This document shows positions 59,771-64,000 of a DNA stretch of 64,000 nt, piece by piece. The notes beneath the pieces were generated by a model. It was not told the origin of the DNA, made no database searches, and saw only the letters and a list, made by a program, of their open reading frames with translations. The stretch lies in NCBI GenBank assembly GCA_945874755.1, contig CAMCHR010000003.1:1541-65540 (forward strand). Direction: 5' to 3'. The stretch comes from Chitinophaga pinensis. GTDB taxonomy: Bacteria; Bacteroidota; Bacteroidia; Chitinophagales; Chitinophagaceae. The translations under genes were made by a program, and so were the position numbers. How positions within the stretch are numbered: the stretch's first letter is position 1; the number at the start of each line of letters is the position of its first letter.

Positions 59771-59991
59771 TTTAAAAACTTCTTTATTGAATTTAAAATA
59801 ATAACAATACTAATAAAACATAAAACCACAGGCCTCGTAAGAAATTAGGGGACCGCACTCCTTACAAAGTTTTTTACGTTTTTTTTCACTTAATCCTTGA
59901 ATTCAGCAACTATTAAATAAGCGGGATGTAACTATTCCCAAGTCTCAAACTATACCTGGTTGAAGAAATCACATTCAAAGCGAAAAAACAT

Positions 59992-60903
59992 TCAATTCTC
60001 TATGTTTACCACAGATAGCCTAATAGCTTTTTTTAATTCAATTTTGATTTGCTCTAAATTAATTAAAGAAGGCAAAGTGAAATTTTCTAACAGATTTAAG
60101 TTACTTAATTCTAAAATGTCATCAATCTGATATACTTTGGAAGCGTACCGATTAGAAGAGATAGAAAAATGATCATAAAATTTAAACTCACTCACTTTTG
60201 AATTTTGAAATTTAACAGGAATACATTTTATACTGAAAGAATCACAAAAAATAACACCGTGAAGAGAGGAAGAGATTACTAACTTATAAGAAGTCAATAA
60301 ATTAAAAAAATCTTTAAATAAAATACTTTGCCCCATATTAAATATGTCAATGTCATTAATATCACATAATTTCTTTTGACGATCACTTAAACTGTCCGAA
60401 TGATTTAATATCAACAAAACTTTATTTTTAACTAAACTAGCTCTTGGATAATAATCTGAAACTAACAATCCACCATCACCAATAACCTTGATACTATTCG
60501 GCTCCAATTCAAACTTATCTTCCAAAAGTGACGCACTTAGGTGACCTCTCAAAAACTTAATTTGAGGTAACGATTTCAATGCAATAACATCACTTTTATT
60601 GTTGAAGCCCGAACCGATAATAATTGATTTCCTTTTTGCAAAGCGAAGTATTGACCCAATAAAAAAAAAATTTTTAAAAAAATATATTTCCAAATAAGTT
60701 GATTTGTGGACATCTCGCTTAATAATTTTAGACAGTAATTCACCATTTATATTGTCTCCAATATTTGTAATATTTCTATGTCTAACATTGAAAAGTCTTG
60801 GCTTGCAATAAAAATTTATTTTGAAATTTAAAAAATCAAAAATAATGTAAAGGATTTTCTTAGACATCATTGACACGTTGTGCAGTTCAAAATGAGAGGG
60901 CAT
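59992..60903 (-). CDS. Polysaccharide pyruvyl transferase family protein
   Basis: NIGD, FIGSIL, GSG, LRG, GDGG, ISSSLHGVIF, FKFYD. Confidence 0.78.
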   Translation of the reverse strand: MPSHFELHNVSMMSKKILYIIFDFLNFKINFYCKPRLFNVRHRNITNIGDNINGELLSKIIKRDVHKSTYLEIYFFKNFFFIGSILRFAKRKSIIIGSGFNNKSDVIALKSLPQIKFLRGHLSASLLEDKFELEPNSIKVIGDGGLLVSDYYPRASLVKNKVLLILNHSDSLSDRQKKLCDINDIDIFNMGQSILFKDFFNLLTSYKLVISSSLHGVIFCDSFSIKCIPVKFQNSKVSEFKFYDHFSISSNRYASKVYQIDDILELSNLNLLENFTLPSLINLEQIKIELKKAIRLSVVNIEN

Positions 60904-61172
60904 GTTTGATATAGTTTATTGGTTTTCCACTGGTAAAATTAAGCTGTACGTCGTATGATGAAACTAAATTTCAGAAATATGAACAACTTTGTTTATAAAA
61001 TTTAAACCGTACAAAGGTATGAATTAATTTATTTATACAACTGTTAGTAACTGATTTTTAAATTATATAGAGAAAATTGAAATCTGAAAAAACATTCATT
61101 ATCAACACTTTAATGATTAACAGTAGTTAACAAATACCCCTCGGCGGTCTGGACCGAACTAAAATACACAAA

Positions 61173-61973
61173 TTACTTATTTCCACTTACAAACTTCTTT
61201 ATTGAATTTAAAATAATTAGACAACTAACAAAGAATAAAATTAATCTTGTACTGTAGTTGAATAATTTCAAAATTTTTGGAGATGAGAACGTTACAAATT
61301 GATTGTCATGCCAATGGGCGTTTAAGAAATTGTTTTGATTGTAACCACCAATAAAATTTTTATGCCTGTAATCCGTCTTAATGTAATTTTCCCCTTTAAA
61401 ACACAAAAAGTTCGTAAAAACTAAAAGTTCTTTCTTTAATCTCGGATACACAAATTCTGCTAAAAAAATTTGATCATAAAAGTGACTGTTCCTCAAAGAT
61501 ATGTTATCTGTAGATTTCAAAATCTCACGTAACATTGAAACCCCCTCGTTTCTGACACTAAATGTACCAGCCATTATTGGAAAAAGATGTAATCTCGAAT
61601 CTCGAATTACATTCACCCAATAATCTGTTTCAACCCAAATTTTGATAAACTCAATTTCTCGGGCAGTAATTAAAGAGTCTGAATCACGGAAAAGATAAAC
61701 TTCTGCTTCATTTTTAAACACATTATGATACCTCCACATTTTTGGGGGCACATCTAGCAACTCCGAAAAATCATCAATGGAATGAACCTTTAATGGAAGA
61801 TTTCTAAAAAAAGTTATGTCTACTGTCTTATCAACAAATACAACAATTTCGAAATTGAACTCTTTATAGCGCCCTTCAATCTTCCAATTATTGAAAACTT
61901 CTAGCTGTTCTCGAAGGGGCAAATAATAGATACTATTCTTGCCATATAGTGAATAGGAAACGCTAATTAACAT
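61173..61973 (-). CDS. Hypothetical protein, probable glycosyltransferase
   Basis: ISVSYSLYG, MWRY, FRDSDS (DxD-like), IMAG, DQIFLAEFVYP. Confidence 0.55.
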   Translation of the reverse strand: MLISVSYSLYGKNSIYYLPLREQLEVFNNWKIEGRYKEFNFEIVVFVDKTVDITFFRNLPLKVHSIDDFSELLDVPPKMWRYHNVFKNEAEVYLFRDSDSLITAREIEFIKIWVETDYWVNVIRDSRLHLFPIMAGTFSVRNEGVSMLREILKSTDNISLRNSHFYDQIFLAEFVYPRLKKELLVFTNFLCFKGENYIKTDYRHKNFIGGYNQNNFLNAHWHDNQFVTFSSPKILKLFNYSTRLILFFVSCLIILNSIKKFVSGNK

Positions 61974-63214
61974 TTAACATTTAAAATATTATTATATTGA
62001 CTTTTAAGTAATTCTCCTACAGCCGTTAAACTATATTTTTCCTTAACCATTTTTCTACCATTTTCTGAGAATAATTCTCTTTTTCCTGGATCAAGTAGTA
62101 ACCTTTCTATTTTTTCTCCTAACTCAACAACAGACAAATCATTCACCAAAAAACCATTAACATTATCGATAATAATTTCGGCTGGACCACTTGAATCAAA
62201 AGCAACGACAGGAGTACCGCATGACAATGACTCGAGTGTTACTTGACTAAATGACTCAAATCGTGAAGGTACTACCGTCATATATGTTCTATTATAAATT
62301 CCAATTAGATCGGTCGCACCAATTATTGATCCCAAATGAAATATTTCAAAACCCAATCGCGCAAAAACAGAAGGCATTCTATTACCAACGGTAACTAGAC
62401 AAAATTTTGAGGTCTCATTAATTAATGTTAATGCATCAATAAGTAAATCTAGACCCTTATTTTTATCGCTTAAATCATTGGAAACAAAAAGAATTACTTT
62501 TTTATTATTAGGTAATATGTATTTAATATTACTTTCATCGACACACAAGTCAATTGGTTTGTAGAGATTAATATCAATCGGGTTCGGCACAACAATAACT
62601 TGGTAAATCAATTTACCCAATTCTGAATTTCGAATTTTTGATGCCATTATCTCCGATGGAGCAATTGCAAAAACAATTACTTCATTAAACAACTTCTTCT
62701 TTTCATTGAAATTTTTTAATTGGAAATCATTGAAAAAAACACCAGCTGGACAATTTTTACATTCCGTAATATATTTTTCACATTCGATAGGAACATGACA
62801 ACCACCAGTTAAAAAATAATAATCATGAAAGGTAATAACCAGTTTATTCAACTTCAATTTAAGCAGAAAATCAGTGGAAATAAAACCATGACCAACCCAA
62901 TGAAGATGAACTAAATCGAAGTTATTGATGATACCATTATATTGATTAGCTAGAAATCTAGAACCCAGATTTAAATTCCTTGAAAAGAACATACCACTTT
63001 TTTGATATAGAAATCTTGTAATGAAGAGATCAATCAAAAAATTCAAGGAAAATAACCACCGATTGAACATTGAAATTTTCAAGGGGAAACCTTCCTTAAC
63101 TAAAGACCGAAAGGTGAAACTATGGACTTCAACGCCAACCCCCGACAACGCACTAGAGGTCCTTAGAAGTGCTGAACTTGCGTTGCTCCTGAAATTTACA
63201 AAAAGGATCCGCAT
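61967..63214 (-). CDS. GT4 glycosyltransferase (WcaC-like)
   Basis: LVHLHW, TFHDYYFLTGGCH..C...C..CP, PSRFESFSQVTLESLSCGTPVV. Confidence 0.85.
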   Translation of the reverse strand: MRILFVNFRSNASSALLRTSSALSGVGVEVHSFTFRSLVKEGFPLKISMFNRWLFSLNFLIDLFITRFLYQKSGMFFSRNLNLGSRFLANQYNGIINNFDLVHLHWVGHGFISTDFLLKLKLNKLVITFHDYYFLTGGCHVPIECEKYITECKNCPAGVFFNDFQLKNFNEKKKLFNEVIVFAIAPSEIMASKIRNSELGKLIYQVIVVPNPIDINLYKPIDLCVDESNIKYILPNNKKVILFVSNDLSDKNKGLDLLIDALTLINETSKFCLVTVGNRMPSVFARLGFEIFHLGSIIGATDLIGIYNRTYMTVVPSRFESFSQVTLESLSCGTPVVAFDSSGPAEIIIDNVNGFLVNDLSVVELGEKIERLLLDPGKRELFSENGRKMVKEKYSLTAVGELLKSQYNNILNVKC

Positions 63215-63993
63215 TAAAATCTTTTGATCATTTTTGTGGTATTGTAAAATAATTGGAACACAAAAACATTTAGAATAATTAAAAATGATGAGATTAGTTT
63301 AATAACAAGCGACACCCTACTTTTAAAGATCAAACCTATGGATTCTTTTAAAAGAAGAAATGGCCTCTCCGTCGATATACCACCTAAACTTAACACCGCC
63401 AAATCTTCATTAATCACTTCAAAAAATAAATTATTCTCAACAGCTGTGACAATGCTTTTAAAATCAGAGCATATTCTTAAAGTTTCATCGTAGTTATTCT
63501 GTAATAAAAAGTTCGTTTTATAAATGATTCCTTGATGAACTGTTGGCATTCTTAATCTCGATTTAATTATAACACGAGACTTAACCTTATAATTCAAACT
63601 AGAACTCTGCATCTGAACATTAAAAGCAATACCTGCAGTTCTAGTAAGCTGAAAACTAGACGTTAGCACTTCAAAAAGCATTATAAAATCTATATTCTCT
63701 GCTAACAGGTCTCCACAATTAATAAACATACAGAATTCACCAGATGTAAATCGAAGTCCCTTATTCATTGCATTATAGATACCGTTGTCCTGTTCAGCAA
63801 TAAAAATAGTTTTTACATAAGGTGATTTTTCATAATTTCTACAGTATTCGATTGTCCCGTCGTTAGACATTCCGTCAATAATAATATGCTCAAAATACTG
63901 TCTATAAATTATAGGAATTTGAGCTATTGAATCTAAAGTTAATTCTAGCCCTCTTATATTATTAAGCGAAACGGTAATAATTGAGACTTTCAA
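63214..63993 (-). CDS. GT2 glycosyltransferase
   Basis: SIITVSLN, IIIDGMSNDGT, GIYNAMNKG, HQG, SDF; TTG start. Confidence 0.85.
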   Translation of the reverse strand: MKVSIITVSLNNIRGLELTLDSIAQIPIIYRQYFEHIIIDGMSNDGTIEYCRNYEKSPYVKTIFIAEQDNGIYNAMNKGLRFTSGEFCMFINCGDLLAENIDFIMLFEVLTSSFQLTRTAGIAFNVQMQSSSLNYKVKSRVIIKSRLRMPTVHQGIIYKTNFLLQNNYDETLRICSDFKSIVTAVENNLFFEVINEDLAVLSLGGISTERPFLLLKESIGLIFKSRVSLVIKLISSFLIILNVFVFQLFYNTTKMIKRF

Positions 63994-64000
63994 AGACTTA

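Noticed and set aside
61135-61160. GC-rich atacccctcggcggtctggaccgaac in an AT-rich spacer as an ops/JUMPstart or REP element
   Set aside because: Single copy, with no convincing hairpin or consensus match that I can support.
3206-63227. Remaining short ORFs (60-145 aa) nested in or antisense to long genes
   Set aside because: They overlap well-supported CDSs and show no independent motifs.

Overview
Low-GC Bacteroidota window, probably Chitinophagaceae (inferred from gene content and TAnnTTTG promoters). It opens with core genes (alternative complex III actB/actA, a membrane-domain/purN fusion, tRNA-Arg-CCT). The remaining ~58 kb are accessory surface and glycan genes: (i) an FGE/SUMF1-like protein beside a T9SS-type multi-Ig protein carrying three GGxxDG-type motifs; (ii) a beta-1,3-glucan (laminarin-type) PUL (galK, GH3, GH16, two PKD lipoproteins, susD, a frameshifted susC, a Y_Y_Y/LuxR regulator with a doubled operator array); (iii) an EPS/capsule cluster with three Wzi-like genes headed by a capD-type dehydratase; (iv) a second, AT-rich cluster with gmd and fcl that runs off the right end. 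The most striking signals are not in the ORF track. A displaced 3' three-quarters of metK begins next to an integrase-type att/arm-site structure and an IS21 remnant. Its far end is fused by apparent microhomology to the tail of another gene. An 85%-identical copy of the capD 3' end is stranded 38.8 kb from capD. GCGAAGC-hairpin repeats sit at module borders. Together these suggest, by inference, stacked glycan islands that integrate inside conserved protein-coding genes and displace their 3' ends. No integrase, CRISPR array or reverse transcriptase is present in the window.
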